A stretch of 64,000 nt of DNA. Source: Hormiphora californensis. Lineage: Eukaryota; Animalia; Ctenophora. The notes under the pieces are model-generated. The model saw nothing but the letters and a program-made list of their open reading frames with translations. It was not told where the DNA came from and made no database searches. The position numbers and the translations under genes were made by a program. Shown piece after piece: positions 30,270 through 42,424 of the stretch (its first letter is position 1; every line of letters starts with the position of its first letter). Location of the stretch: the NCBI GenBank assembly GCA_020137815.1, contig CM035353.1, positions 5,952,001 through 6,016,000 on the forward strand, in the 5' to 3' direction.

Positions 30270-33200
30270 AGAGAAAGAGAAAGAGAAAGAGAAAGAGAAA
30301 GAGAAAGAGAAAGAGAAAGAGAAGAGAAAGAGAAACGAGAACCTACAGCGAAGAGCACAGACAAGAGAAGTAAAGACAACCAGCATCCCACGCCCCCCTC
30401 TCCCTCTCCCGCCCTCCCTCCCTCGCCCTCTCCCTCTCCTCTCCCTCTCCTCGCCCTCCCTCTCCCTCTCCCGCCCCTCTCCCCTCCCTCCCTCTCCCTC
30501 TCACCTCTCCCCTCCCCTCCTCCCCTCCCCCTCCCTCCCATCCCCTCCCTCTCCCTCTCCCTCTCCCTCTCCCTCTCCCTGCCCCTCTCCCTCTCCCTCT
30601 CCCCGCCCCTCCCTCTCCCTCTCCCTCTCCCTCTCCCTCCCCTCTCCCTCCCCTCTCCCTCCTCCCTCTCCCTCTCCCCTCCCCCTCTCCCTCTCCCTCT
30701 CCCTCCTCCCCTCTCCCTCTGCTCCCTCTCCCTCTCCCGCTCCCTCTCCCGCTCCCTCTCCCCTCCCCTCTCCCTCTCCCTCTCCCTCTCCCTCTCCCTC
30801 TCCCCTCCCTCTCCCTCCCTCTCCCCTCTCCCTCTCCCTCCCCTCTCCCTCTCCCTCCCTCCCGCTCCCTCTCCCCCGCTCCTCTCCCTCGCCATCTCCT
30901 CTCCCCTCGCCCTCTCCCTCCCTCCCTCCCGCTTCCCTCTCCCTCTCCCTCTCCCTCTCCCTCTCTCCTCCCTCTCCTCTCCCTCTCCCTCTCCTCCTGA
31001 AAACCCTGGACATATCTGCCCCTCTCTGCAGATCAAATCTATGGTTTCACAGTCTGTAAATCATAATTTACCTGAGTCTTAATATTTATACTATATAACC
31101 TTTGAATATTGAGATCTCAATAATATATATTACATAAAGTGGTTAACATTCTATTGTGGTATGATGTTCAGTAAATTGGATTCATCAACGAAATTTCNNN
31201 NNNNNNNNNNNNNNNNNNNNNNNNNNNNNNNNNNNNNNNNNNNNNNNNNNNNNNNNNNNNNNNNNNNNNNNNNNNNNNNNNNNNNNNNNNNNNNNNNCGT
31301 GCGGACCATAATGCAGCACTGGGACATGCACATTCAAAAATGGTGGCAAGCTTAGGAGGCTTAAAAAAATTTTAAACTAAACGTAAATTAAAAACCTAAA
31401 GAACTTCTTAGAGGCTAATTAAAAAGTTAAAATAAAATAAAATAGGCCTAAAATAGTAAAACTTTAAATAAAAATAGCCTCCCAACTGTTACCGCACGAC
31501 TTATACCACACTACTCAATAAACGCATTATACTTCCAATCCCATCTCCATCTCCAATCCCATTCTCCATCTCCATCTCCCATCTCCATCTCCCCATCTCC
31601 AGTCTCATCTCCACCCATCTCCATCTACATATCCACTCTCCCCATCTCCATCCCTTCTCCATTCCTCCATTATCTCCATTCTCCATCATCCATCTCATCC
31701 CATCTCCATCATCTCATCCTCCATCTCCATCTCCATCTCCATCTCCATCTCCATCTCCATCGCCATCTCCATCTCCATCTCCATCTCCATCTTCCATCTC
31801 CATCTCCCTCTCCAATCCTCCCTCTCCATCTCACATCTCCATCTCCATCTCATCTCCATCTCCATCTCTCCCCACTCCTCTCCATCTCCATCTCCCATAC
31901 TCCCAGTCTCCATCTCCACTCACTCCACCATCTCCATCTCCATTCATCTCATCTCCATCTCCATTCATCCTCTCCATCATCCATTCATCTCCATTATCTC
32001 CATATCCTCTCCATCCATCTTCCATCTCTCATCCTCTCCATTCTCCTCCATCCTCATCTCTCATCTCTCCATCTCTCCATCTCTCCCATCTCCATAGTCC
32101 ATCTCCATCTCCACTCTCTCCATCTCTCTATCTCTTCATATCCATCTCTCCATCTCCATGCCAAAAGCGCACATTCAAGACTAGAGACAGATAAACGTAA
32201 TTTGAAGCGGAAAAGAAAAGAAAGTTGGGTGGTAGGAGGTTTATGGGTGGCCGCCCCTTGTTGGGACAGCTCTCGCTTTCCCAGCTGTCGACAACAGGGA
32301 GGACTCTTTCTCATCTCTCCACTCTCCATCTTCTCCATCCTCTCCTCTATACCATCTCTCCCCATCTCCCATCTCCATCTCTCCATCTTCCAAATCTCTC
32401 CATCCGTCCAATCCTCTCCATCTCTCCATCTTCTCCATCTCTCACATCTCTCCATGATCTACTCAATCTCTCTATCTCTCTATCTCTCCATCTCTCATAC
32501 TCTTCCCAATCTCTCCATCTCCATAGTGCCATCCTCTCCACCTCTCCAGTCTGTTCTCTTTCTATTCACATTCTCTCCCTCATACCCATGCAAAACCGCA
32601 CCATTCATGACTTAGAGACAGATAAAACGTAATTGAGCGAGAAAAAGGAAATGGTAGTTGGGGGTGGGCGCCCTTGTTGGACACGCTCTGCTTCCACTAG
32701 CTGTTCGACCACAGGGAGGGACTCTCTCCATACTCTCCATCTCCTCGCATCTCTCCATCCCTAATCTCTCAATACTCTCTATCTCTTATCTCTCCAGTCG
32801 ACTTAATTCTTTCAATCTCAATTCTCTCCTTATCTCATCTATCCTCTATCTCTCTATCTCTTCATATTCCGATCTCTCCAGTTCCTCCATGCAAAACGCA
32901 CATTCAGTGACTAGAGATAGATAAACGTTAGCATATGTGAAGCGAGGAAAAAAAGAAAAAGAAGAAGAAATCGGTGTAATGGGTAGTTTGGGTGGCGCCC
33001 TTTGTTGGGACAGCTATGCACTTTCCAGCTGTTCGACACCAGGGAGGACTCTCTCGACTCTCCATCTCCCATACTCTCCATCCCTTAAATCTCTCATCTC
33101 TCTATCTCTCTATCTTTATCTCTTATATCTCCATCTACTCCATCTCTCTATCTCTTCATATCCATCTCTCCAGCCCCAGCAAACACATTTCCATGACAGA

Positions 33201-35885
33201 GATATGATATAAAACGTAATTAGCTCCCAAGCAGAAAAAGAGAAGAAAAAAATGGTAGTTGGTGGCGCCCTGTTTGGGACAGCATCTGCTTCCAGCGTTC
33301 GACACATCAACCCAGGAGGATCATTGCAAAGAAAAGAAAAGCATATTAGCATAAATGGGTGATCAATAGATGACGTCCACTGTCCCGTGAGTAGGGGAGT
33401 GGGCCAGGGGGGGAGGTAGCCGGCGGACCTTACCTGGATGTTATGAGTAAGTCAAAGCTATAATTTAGTGAATATCCTCAAGCTCTCCATATGATAGTAA
33501 ACACCTCCAACTGCTTCTGGATTGTTAGTTTTACTAATTTAATCTGTTTTTTTCGTTTTACAAATCCTCTAATGGGGGGAAAGGGTGGCTGTTCACACGG
33601 TTGGAAGCTGTCAATGTTAGGACCTAACTTGGTATAGGAGTCGTTTGTCATATGCTGTGGTACATTTAATATGGTAACCTCAACCAACCAATCGACACCG
33701 GCCTAAAATCAGAGGTCAAGGGACATACAAAGATAAGAGGGAGTGAGACGAGGAGAGGAGGAGAGAAGAGAGAGAGAGAGAGAGGGAGGGAGTGACAGAG
33801 AGAGACAGAGAAGATAGGTATGGTCAAGCACGAGATCAGCACACGATCGAGCACGATTGTCGAGCACAAGGTACAGCACAAGGTCTGGAGCACGGTCGTT
33901 GGAGAAGGTTCAATATGAAGATGAACAGTTCCGACATTTTAATCTATTTTTCAACTCCGCGGCCACGGCTCATCAATGTGACTTCACTGATTTTGATTTG
34001 CGCGTGTAATGTGCACTCCCTGGTTCGTTCGACCTGTGCACTACTGAACCATTCCGAGAGTATGCTCATACCGAGACGGGAGAGAGACAGAAAGAGGTAA
34101 ACGAAAACAGAAAAAGTGGCGAAAAACGTCAAAAACATCTTGATAAAGTTGTTGAAAAACAGCCTTTCAAAACAAGGTTATCGAAGCGCGGCGCGGCGCG
34201 TATCAGATGCATCGCACAACAACAATAATCGCGACCCGCGTTATATGCCCAACGCGCGTCGCGTGCTTACGGTTTTGCATTTGGAAATAACAAGAGAGAG
34301 GAAGAAAGAGAGAAAGAAAAGAGGAAAGAGAAGGAAGAGAGGAAAAGAAGAGGGAAGGTAAAGAGAGAAAGAAAGGAGGAGAAGAGAAAGAGGGGAAAGA
34401 GAAGAGGGAAGGAGACAGAAGAGAGAAAGAGGAAGAGAAAGGAAGGAGGGAGAGAAGAAGAAGAGAAAGAGGAAGAGAAAGAGAAAGCGAAAGGAGAAAG
34501 AAAGGAATGAGAAAGAGAAAGAGAAGAGAAGAGAGAAAGAGAAAGGAGAAAAGAGAAAAGGAAAGAGAAATGAGAAAGAGAAGAGAAAGAGAAGAAGAGA
34601 AAGAGAGGAGAAGAGAAAGAGAAAGATAAAGATAGAAAGAAGAGGAAAAGAGGAAAGAGAAAGTAGAAAATTAGAAAGTGAGAAAGAGAAAGAGAAGAGA
34701 AAGAGGAAAAGAGAAAAGAAAGAGAAAGGAGAAAGAGAAAAGAGAAGAGAAAGAGAAGACCGAAGAAGAGAGAGAAGAGAAAGAGAAAAGAGAAGAGACA
34801 GAGAGAAGAGAAAGAGAAAGAGAAAAGAGAAAGAGAAGAGAAAAGAGAAAGAGGAAAGAGAAAGAGAATAGAGAAAAGAGAAAGAGAAAGAGGAAAGAGA
34901 AAGAGGAAGAGAAAGAGAAAGAGAAAGAGCAGAGAAAAGAAGAAAGAGGGAAAGACGAAAGAGAAGAGAAGAAAGGAGAGAAGAGAAGAGAAGAGAAAGA
35001 GAAGAGCAAGACGAAAGAGAAAGAGAAAGAGGGAAAAGAAAGAGGGGGGGAAGAGAAAGAGGAAGAGAAGAAAGAAGAAGAAAGAGAAAGAGGAAAGAGA
35101 AAGAGGAAAGAGGAAGAGGGAAAGAGAAGAGTAGAGGAAGAAGAGAAGAAAGAGAAGACAGAAAGAGGAAAGAGAAAGAGGGAAAGAGGAAGAATAAAGA
35201 AAGAGAAGAGAAGAGAAAGAGGAAGAGAAAAGAAAGGAAAGAGAAAGAGGAAAGAGAAGAAAAAGAAGAAAAGAGGAAAAGAGAAAGAGAAGAGAAAGAG
35301 TAAAGAGGAAAGAGAAAGAGAAGGAGAAGAAGAGAAGAGAAAGTATGGAAAGAGAAAAGAGAAAGAGAAAGGAAAGAGAAGGGAGAAAGAGAAGAAAAGA
35401 GAAAGGGAGAAAGAGAAAGAGAAAGAGAAAGAGAAAGAGAAAGAGAAAGAGAAAGAAGAAGAGGAAAGAGAAAGAGAAAGAGAAAGAAAAGAGAAAGGAG
35501 AAAGAAAGAAGGAGAGAGAAAGAAAGAGAAGAGAAAGAAAAGAGAAAGAGAGAGAAAGAGAAGAGAAAGAGAAAGCAGAGAAGAGAGAAGAGAAAGAGGA
35601 AAGAGAAGAGAAAGAGAAAGAGAAAGAGAAAGAGAAAGAGAAAGAGAATAAGGAAAGAGAAGAGAAGAATGAGAAGAGAAAGAGAAAGAGGAATAGAAGA
35701 GAGAAAGAAAAGAGAAAGGTAAGAAAGAGAAAGAGAAAGAGAAAGAGAAAGAGAAAGAGAAAGAGAAAGGGAGAAAGGAGAAAGAGAAAGAGAAGAGAAA
35801 AGAAGAGGAAAGAGGAAGAGAAAGAGAAAGAGAAAGAGAAAGAGAAAGAGAAAGAGAAAGAGAAAGAGAAAGAGAAAGAGAAAGA
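30270..35885. repeat. Low-complexity purine/pyrimidine arrays: (GAGAAA)n 30270-30335 and 34290-35885, (CCCTCT)n 30385-31000, (CCATCT)n 31540-33170. Includes ~4 noisy copies of a 300-430-bp unit at 32158, 32588, 32888 and 33178
   Basis: Directly visible. The long ORFs here are translations of simple repeats. Confidence 0.9.
31198..31297. other. Assembly gap (100 N)
   Basis: Run of N. Confidence 1.
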
Positions 35886-36187
35886 TGGACAGACTGTCAT
35901 GTAGCATGGCAAGCTCGCCAACGACCATCTTCTGCAGAATCAAAATCGTATGGTTTCACAGATCATGTGAAAACATAAATTTACCTGATGTCTTTAATAT
36001 TTAATACTTATATGAACTCTTTAGAAATATTGAGATATCAATGATATTATATTATCATAAAAGTGGTTTAACATTATGCTTATTGTGGATTATAGTATGT
36101 TACAGTTAAAACATAAAGAGGGACCAAAGTAAAGATAACATATCAAACGAAAATATATTTCACGTGAGGTTTCGAGCTACATATAAT

Positions 36188-39100
36188 CAGGGGCTGTCTC
36201 TGAGACCGCAAAATTCATTGTGTGGTCCGCACAAAAGACTAGCAAATTTGGGTGGGTTGTACAAATAAGCACACTGAGCGCGCAAATGATGGAGTTTCGC
36301 CAATTTTTTTGTACTGTGGGATTCACAAGGCTTTCACCCTAGCTTTGTGAAAACCCGGTGGAAAACGGTTGATCACAAGTTGCAGTGATCTAAACCGCTG
36401 GGAACTTCATTTCATAGTGTATTTCATATTTGGTGGGTACGGCTCTTTATCCGCCTATCACTAAAAATGAGATAGAAACTCGAAAAAAAAATGTCTCATG
36501 AGTCATCCAAAATGTCCATTCTACCGATTCCCGGGTCGTTTGGGGTTCCAGGCCCAACCGTATGGGAGCCTATTGCCACATAAGTAAAAAAAGCCGGTTG
36601 ATTTTTCGACCGGGTCATTTTGCGGTCTCACCAAGTATCACGTGATCTGATCACATGATCTGAGGTGTTGAAAATTGGACTTTTACAAGTAAACATATGA
36701 ATCTGTCTCCCTCCCACTATTTTACATAACAATCTCACTGTGTGTGCACAGTTACACACAAAAGGGGGGGACCTTCCACCCTTCTGCTTCACAGGACTGT
36801 GGAAAGGGCAGTGCTGATCAAACTGTAACATTTGCAACTAATTGATATCAAAGCAAAAATCACTCTACCCGACTAATTTCAATAGGCTGAATCACATGAG
36901 CAACTTTTTAAAGATCTCAGAGGTCGATAAAGTGCTTAATTGTTATAATAGGGTCTAATTGATCTAAATTACAACTTCTCCCCTGAAAACGCTATGAAGT
37001 CGTTGAGGGCACTATACCCACTGACTTGGATACCCTGATTCACATGAGCATCTTTTCTAAGCTCTCAGAGATCGAGAAAGTGCTCTAATTGGGCCAATTG
37101 ACCAAAATAATTACCACTTTTCCCTGTAATCTCTAAAGTTCATTTGGAGACACTTACCCACTGATTTTGATACCCTGATTCACATGAACAGGGCATGAGT
37201 ATCTTTTAAAAGCTCTTATTTGTGGAAAAAGTGCTCTAATTGAGCGTAATTGGGTCTAATTGACCAGAATAATTAACATTTGACTCCTGTAGGGTGCCAT
37301 CTCTCTCAAATCAGTGTGCTCACAGCTCAGTGTCGCCAAATAGTCAGGGCATATGATGACAAAATGAGGGCATAATTGTTATCAAGCTAATTCCACTTCT
37401 AGTAGGCTCTAATGGCAATTTCTCATTTGCGGCATACGGCGTCTAGACGGCGTCGCAACGCCGTCTAGACGGCGTCTAGACGGTATACCGTCTGGACGGG
37501 TTTCGGTTGAAATCAGCTAAAAACGGTACCGAAATTGCTTGAGACGGGTTATAGACGGTATCAGACGGTCTCAGACGGTTATGACGGTTAGACGGTGTTG
37601 CGACGGTATCAGACGGTCTCTAGACGGTGTCTAGACGGTACCGTCCCGGGTCTGGACGGCGTCTGGACGGTGTCTAGACGGTATCCGTCCGAAATTGAGA
37701 CGGCACAGTCTGAAAATGTATCAGACGTTGAGACGGACTTTTAGAACTCCGTCTGTATTTCAGACGGAGTTTTAAAAGTACGTCTCAAAGCAGTCTAAAG
37801 GAAAATCGATGAAAGTACCGTCTAGACAAGTCTCAACTGAAACCGGTCAACATACCGTCTAAACAACGTTTAGACAACGTCTAAACAGAATCTCGCGATT
37901 CAGTTTCAAATACCGTCTAGACAACTTCTCCAGCAATTTCGATACGAATACCGTCTAAACAACGTCTAGTGCACTATAGTGGGGGTAGGTGCGGAAATTA
38001 AGTCTCTATCTCATCTGGTTAATTAGATAATTGGATAATTAGATGAGCAGGAGATGGGCATAACCGTTTTTTGGCTATACGGCTATATATATCCACTCTG
38101 GAGTGGTTTAAAGACTTTTCACTGGTGCCATTTTGTTCAGAAGAAAAAGTTAATCTAAGAGTTGTGAAGAAATTTATGGTCTATCTCTAACCGTTCTGTG
38201 GATATTTGCGGTCAAAGTATGCCAATGTACTCGAAAATTAGCCTAAAATGCCAAAAAATGATAGTACATTGGCATACTTGACCGCAATATCCACAGAACG
38301 GTTAGAGATAGACCATAAAGTTCTTCACAACTCTTAGATTAACTTTTTCTTCTGAACAAAATGGCACCAGTGAAAAGTCTCTAAAACCATCCAGAGTTGC
38401 TATAGCCAAAAACGGTTATACACATCTCCCTCTCTAATTATCCAATTATCTAATTAACCTCTACTCCTTTCTTAACCTCTACTCCTTTCTTAACCCCTGT
38501 TTTGGTTTTCGCCAGAAGGGTAAAAACATGGGTAAAAAGGCGTGGCCGAAAAAGCCAACTTCTCATTGATAAAACCGCGGCCAATTTTTTTGGTGGTTAG
38601 AGCCTACTAGAAGTAGAATTAGCTTGATAACAATTATGTCCTTTTTCAGCATTTTTTGGCATCATTAGCCCTGACTAAAATGAACTTATGAACTTATGAA
38701 AGTGGTAATTATTTGGTCAATTGGACCCAATTAGACACTTTATCGATCTCTGAGAGCTAGAAAATATGCTCATGTGAATCAGGGTATCCAAGTCAGTGGG
38801 TATAGTGCCCTCATACGACTTCATAGCGTTTTCAGGGGAGAAGTTGTAATTTAGATCAATTAGACCTCATTATAACCAATTAGAGCACTTATCGACCTCT
38901 GAGAGCTTTAAAAAGATGCTCAGTGGAATCAGGGTATCCAAGTCAGTGGGTATAGTGCCCTCATACGAATTCATAGCGTTTTCATGGGAGAAGTTGTGAT
39001 TTAGATCAATTAGACCCTATTATAAACAATTAGAGCACTTTATCGACCTCTGAGAGCTTTAAAAAGTTGCCCATGTGATTCAGCCTATTGAAATTAGTCG

Positions 39101-39778
39101 GGTAGAGTGATTTTTGCTTTGATATCAATTAGTTGCAAATGTTTACAGTTTGATCAGCACTGCCCTTGGTCCACAGTCCTGTGAAGCAGAAGGGTGGAAG
39201 GTCCCCCCTTTTGTGTGTAACTGTGCACACACAGTGAGATTATAGTTAGAATAGTGGGAGGGAGAGAGATTCATATGTTTACTTGTAAAAGTCCAATTTT
39301 CAACACCTCAGATCATGTGATCAGATCACGTGATACTTGGTGAGACCGCAAAAAGACCCGGTCGAAAATCAACCGGCTTTTTTTACTATGTGGCAATAGG
39401 CTCCCAGAGGTTGGGCCTGGAACCCCAAACGACCCGGGACGGTAGAATGGACGATTTGGACCATGAGACGATTTTTTTCGAGTTTCTATCTCAATTTTTA
39501 GTGATAGGCGGATAAAGAGCCGTACCCCACCAAATATGAAATACACTATGAAATGAAGTTCCCAGCGGTTTAGATCACTGCAAATCTTGTGATCAACCGT
39601 TTTCCACCGGGTTTTCACTAAGCAGTAGGTGAAAGCCTTGTGAATCCCACAGTACAAAAAAATTGGCGAAACTCCATCATTTGCGCGCTCAGTGTGCTTA
39701 TTTTTACAACCCACCCAAATTTGCTAGTCTTTTGTGCGGACCACACAACGAATTTTGCGGTCTCAGAGACAGCCCCTG
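36188..39778. mobile_element. 3.6-kb nested foldback with ~1.2-kb inverted arms and hAT-like CAGGGGCTG termini
   Basis: caggggctgtctctgagaccgcaaaattc...gaattttgcggtctcagagacagcccctg. Contains an (agacgg/ccgtct) array at ~37435-37970 and a palindrome at ~38016-38459 related to positions ~60-120. No clean TSD. Confidence 0.8.
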
Positions 39779-40594
39779 ATAATATCTGCAAAGATTATAC
39801 AGAAGATGGTATCATAAGTATTATATTGGTAAGATTAAAAAATGAATGCTATAACAACCCTAGGCCTATACAGGGTGTCCCATATATTCTGTGGGTCGGT
39901 TGGCGAGCTGTCACGCAAAAACGGTGATAGTTGTGTGAAAACAAACTACGGGAGTGTGCTGGATTAATTCCTTCCTAACTGATGGCTTTGTTTTTAAATT
40001 ACATTTCAAAAGTTCATTTTTCATGAATGAACATTCCTGTCATTCATTCGTGAATTCTGAAATATTGTTTACCTTGAGTAAAAAACTTTTCTTTGGCTCG
40101 AAATTATCTTTCCAATGAGCACCATAAAAATCAAATTGAAGCACCGGATCGCATGGCAGGTGGGAAAATGCAAATGCATGATTTTGGTCATTCCTGCGAC
40201 TTTCAATCAGCTGTATCACCGCTACTTTCAGTTCAATCCTTTTAAAAGTTTGGGTGAACATTGGTGAAGATAAGATCTTTGCTCACAAGAAAAATCAAGG
40301 TCAAAACTCAAAGTTCATTTTTCATTTTTGGTAGTTCATTCCACTCATTCAGGAACAAACATAATATGCTGCATATGCGCTGCTTGTTAGGGTAGTTATA
40401 TAACTGATTGTTAACCTGATTGTGGCCTGAGTTTTAATTAGGCGACTCGATGGCGTACTGCTATAACAGTGTCCAATAGTTATTTTTCTCATATTTCATT
40501 TACCTTGTGAACATGTACAAGGGCCGCTGATCCTTGATTGCCCAAGAAAATTGTAAGCCTAAAATACTACAAGCACTTGCCTAATTTTCTAGAC

Positions 40595-42424
40595 ATGGTT
40601 GTTCTAAATTCATTTCCATGGAATGAAAGGGAAAATGCAGATAACCCTATGATTGAGGCCGGGGCTCCCTCTCGTCCCGGGACGGCGCTCGGCGATCAAG
40701 ACCCTTTTCTGTTCGGATTCCAGGACCTCGCCAGCGATTATGTACAGGTGTTGGCGGAGAGAGCCCGGCCACGATGGTGTAAGATCCTTTGGTGGGTTTT
40801 AGTCGTTGTACTGGGAGCTTTGTCCATCGTTATGGTGTATGAACTGTTGAGTGACTACTTCGCTTTCGAATCATTCAACACGGCGTCAACTACCTGGACT
40901 AATAAGCTAGTTCTTCCCGCCATCACCATTTGTAGTACAAATTTCATCAACTACACCGCCTTGGAACCGGATCTAGTTAACTTCGGGGATACAGGACAGT
41001 TCAAGTATGTTGTGACACAGATTGAAAAACGGGTTGCTCAGGGCCGGAATCCTAGTAACCTCAAAGCACTGGATGCGTATAAATTTGTTAGTGCGTTTGA
41101 GGACCATGTCGGGTCCATCGATTACGTATACGCAAACGACCTGCACGGAACCTTTGTGGGAGAGTACGATTACACTTTTTCTGGTTTTGGGAAAATCATA
41201 GATTACAAGGAGTGGAACAAACTGCAGGGGATGACTCAGATGGGGAGGTGTTTGGAAATTAATGACGATAACAGTTTTTATCAGACGTTTTACAGTGATT
41301 CTGCAGGTTTTACCATCGATGCCAGCGCAAACCTAGCCGATTATCTTTTTTCAACACGGACACAGGGGTTCAAGGTGTTCCTGCGAAGCCATGACGAAAC
41401 AGTGATGATAGACCAGGGTGGATTTCTTGTTCAACCCGGAACAGAAACTTTCTTCAAGATCTCCGCTAAAAAGGCACTGCGATTGGGCTCACCTTGGGGG
41501 ACGTGCCAGAACGTGCCCAGTGCATACTCCAAGCACGGAAATGAATCCAATCCTCACTACGAGACGGTTCGGGAGTGTCTTCAGCGACAAAGAATTGAAC
41601 TTTACGCTACGGAGTGTGGTTGTATGCCGTGGTACTTTGTGAGTAGGATGAAAACACAAGATAAGCGAGAAGTCCTTGATGAGCTGATAGAGAAGATTGT
41701 CGCGGCCGAACACGATAACACTACGGAAGATCATGAACACCATGACAGAAAACGAAGCCAGTTCTGGAACACCGTACCAAAACAATATGGTGACGGAATG
41801 AAGGCAACAGTAAAAGGGGACGAGGATCATGGTATCATGCGAAAGAGGGATCAGACAGGTGAATTAGATGCCACAACCCAAGACACTTTCTACATCACAG
41901 CAACATCAGCCACACCCTTCTGGTCAGAAATCACGTACAACAAATATACCTGTTCCTACGCTCAGCTCCTCATATGTGAGGCTTTCATAGAGGAGGAAAT
42001 CTCTAACGGGCACATCGAACTCGAGGATTGCCCTGAGCCGTGTGAGTATTTTGAGTGGGATGCTGAGGTCGCATCCTCCAGTTTTCCGGCCACAGAAAAG
42101 TACTACAACGAATACATTAAAGACCACTGGTACATCGAGGCAAACACCTCCTACAGCTATGCACAAGAAAACCTCGCAAGAATTCACATATACTATGATA
42201 GTCTTAAGACAACTACCAACGAACAGGTGAAGGCGTACGAAATTCAAAATTTTATCGGTGAGTTTGGTGGTGCCGTGGACATGTTTATTGGGTTCTCTTT
42301 CTTCACTATCTTTCAACTCATAGAGATTGGTGTTGCGTTCTGCTTTTATAATTGCTATCAGCGAAACAAATCCGCTAAAGATAGAATAGTAGTTACTCCA
42401 GCTCCCAAGGTATATGCAGCTTGA
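40595..42424 (+). CDS. DEG/ENaC (ASC family) ion channel subunit, intronless, 609 aa
   Basis: TM1 ILWWVLVVVLGALSIVMVY, LPAITICSTN, GRC, Cys-rich thumb (CGCMPWY...CPEPC) and TM2 GEFGGAVDMFIGFSFFTIFQLIE. First ATG at 40595, directly after a splice-acceptor-like ttttctag. Confidence 0.95.
   Translation: MVVLNSFPWNERENADNPMIEAGAPSRPGTALGDQDPFLFGFQDLASDYVQVLAERARPRWCKILWWVLVVVLGALSIVMVYELLSDYFAFESFNTASTTWTNKLVLPAITICSTNFINYTALEPDLVNFGDTGQFKYVVTQIEKRVAQGRNPSNLKALDAYKFVSAFEDHVGSIDYVYANDLHGTFVGEYDYTFSGFGKIIDYKEWNKLQGMTQMGRCLEINDDNSFYQTFYSDSAGFTIDASANLADYLFSTRTQGFKVFLRSHDETVMIDQGGFLVQPGTETFFKISAKKALRLGSPWGTCQNVPSAYSKHGNESNPHYETVRECLQRQRIELYATECGCMPWYFVSRMKTQDKREVLDELIEKIVAAEHDNTTEDHEHHDRKRSQFWNTVPKQYGDGMKATVKGDEDHGIMRKRDQTGELDATTQDTFYITATSATPFWSEITYNKYTCSYAQLLICEAFIEEEISNGHIELEDCPEPCEYFEWDAEVASSSFPATEKYYNEYIKDHWYIEANTSYSYAQENLARIHIYYDSLKTTTNEQVKAYEIQNFIGEFGGAVDMFIGFSFFTIFQLIEIGVAFCFYNCYQRNKSAKDRIVVTPAPKVYAA

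Noticed and set aside
33428-33445. U1 snRNA-like CTTACCTGG
   Set aside because: No downstream U1 stem-loops or Sm site; more likely chance or a minus-strand splice donor.
29925-35943. Long Pro/Ser-rich, Arg/Glu-rich and Phe/Leu-rich ORFs
   Set aside because: Simple-repeat translations in low-quality sequence.
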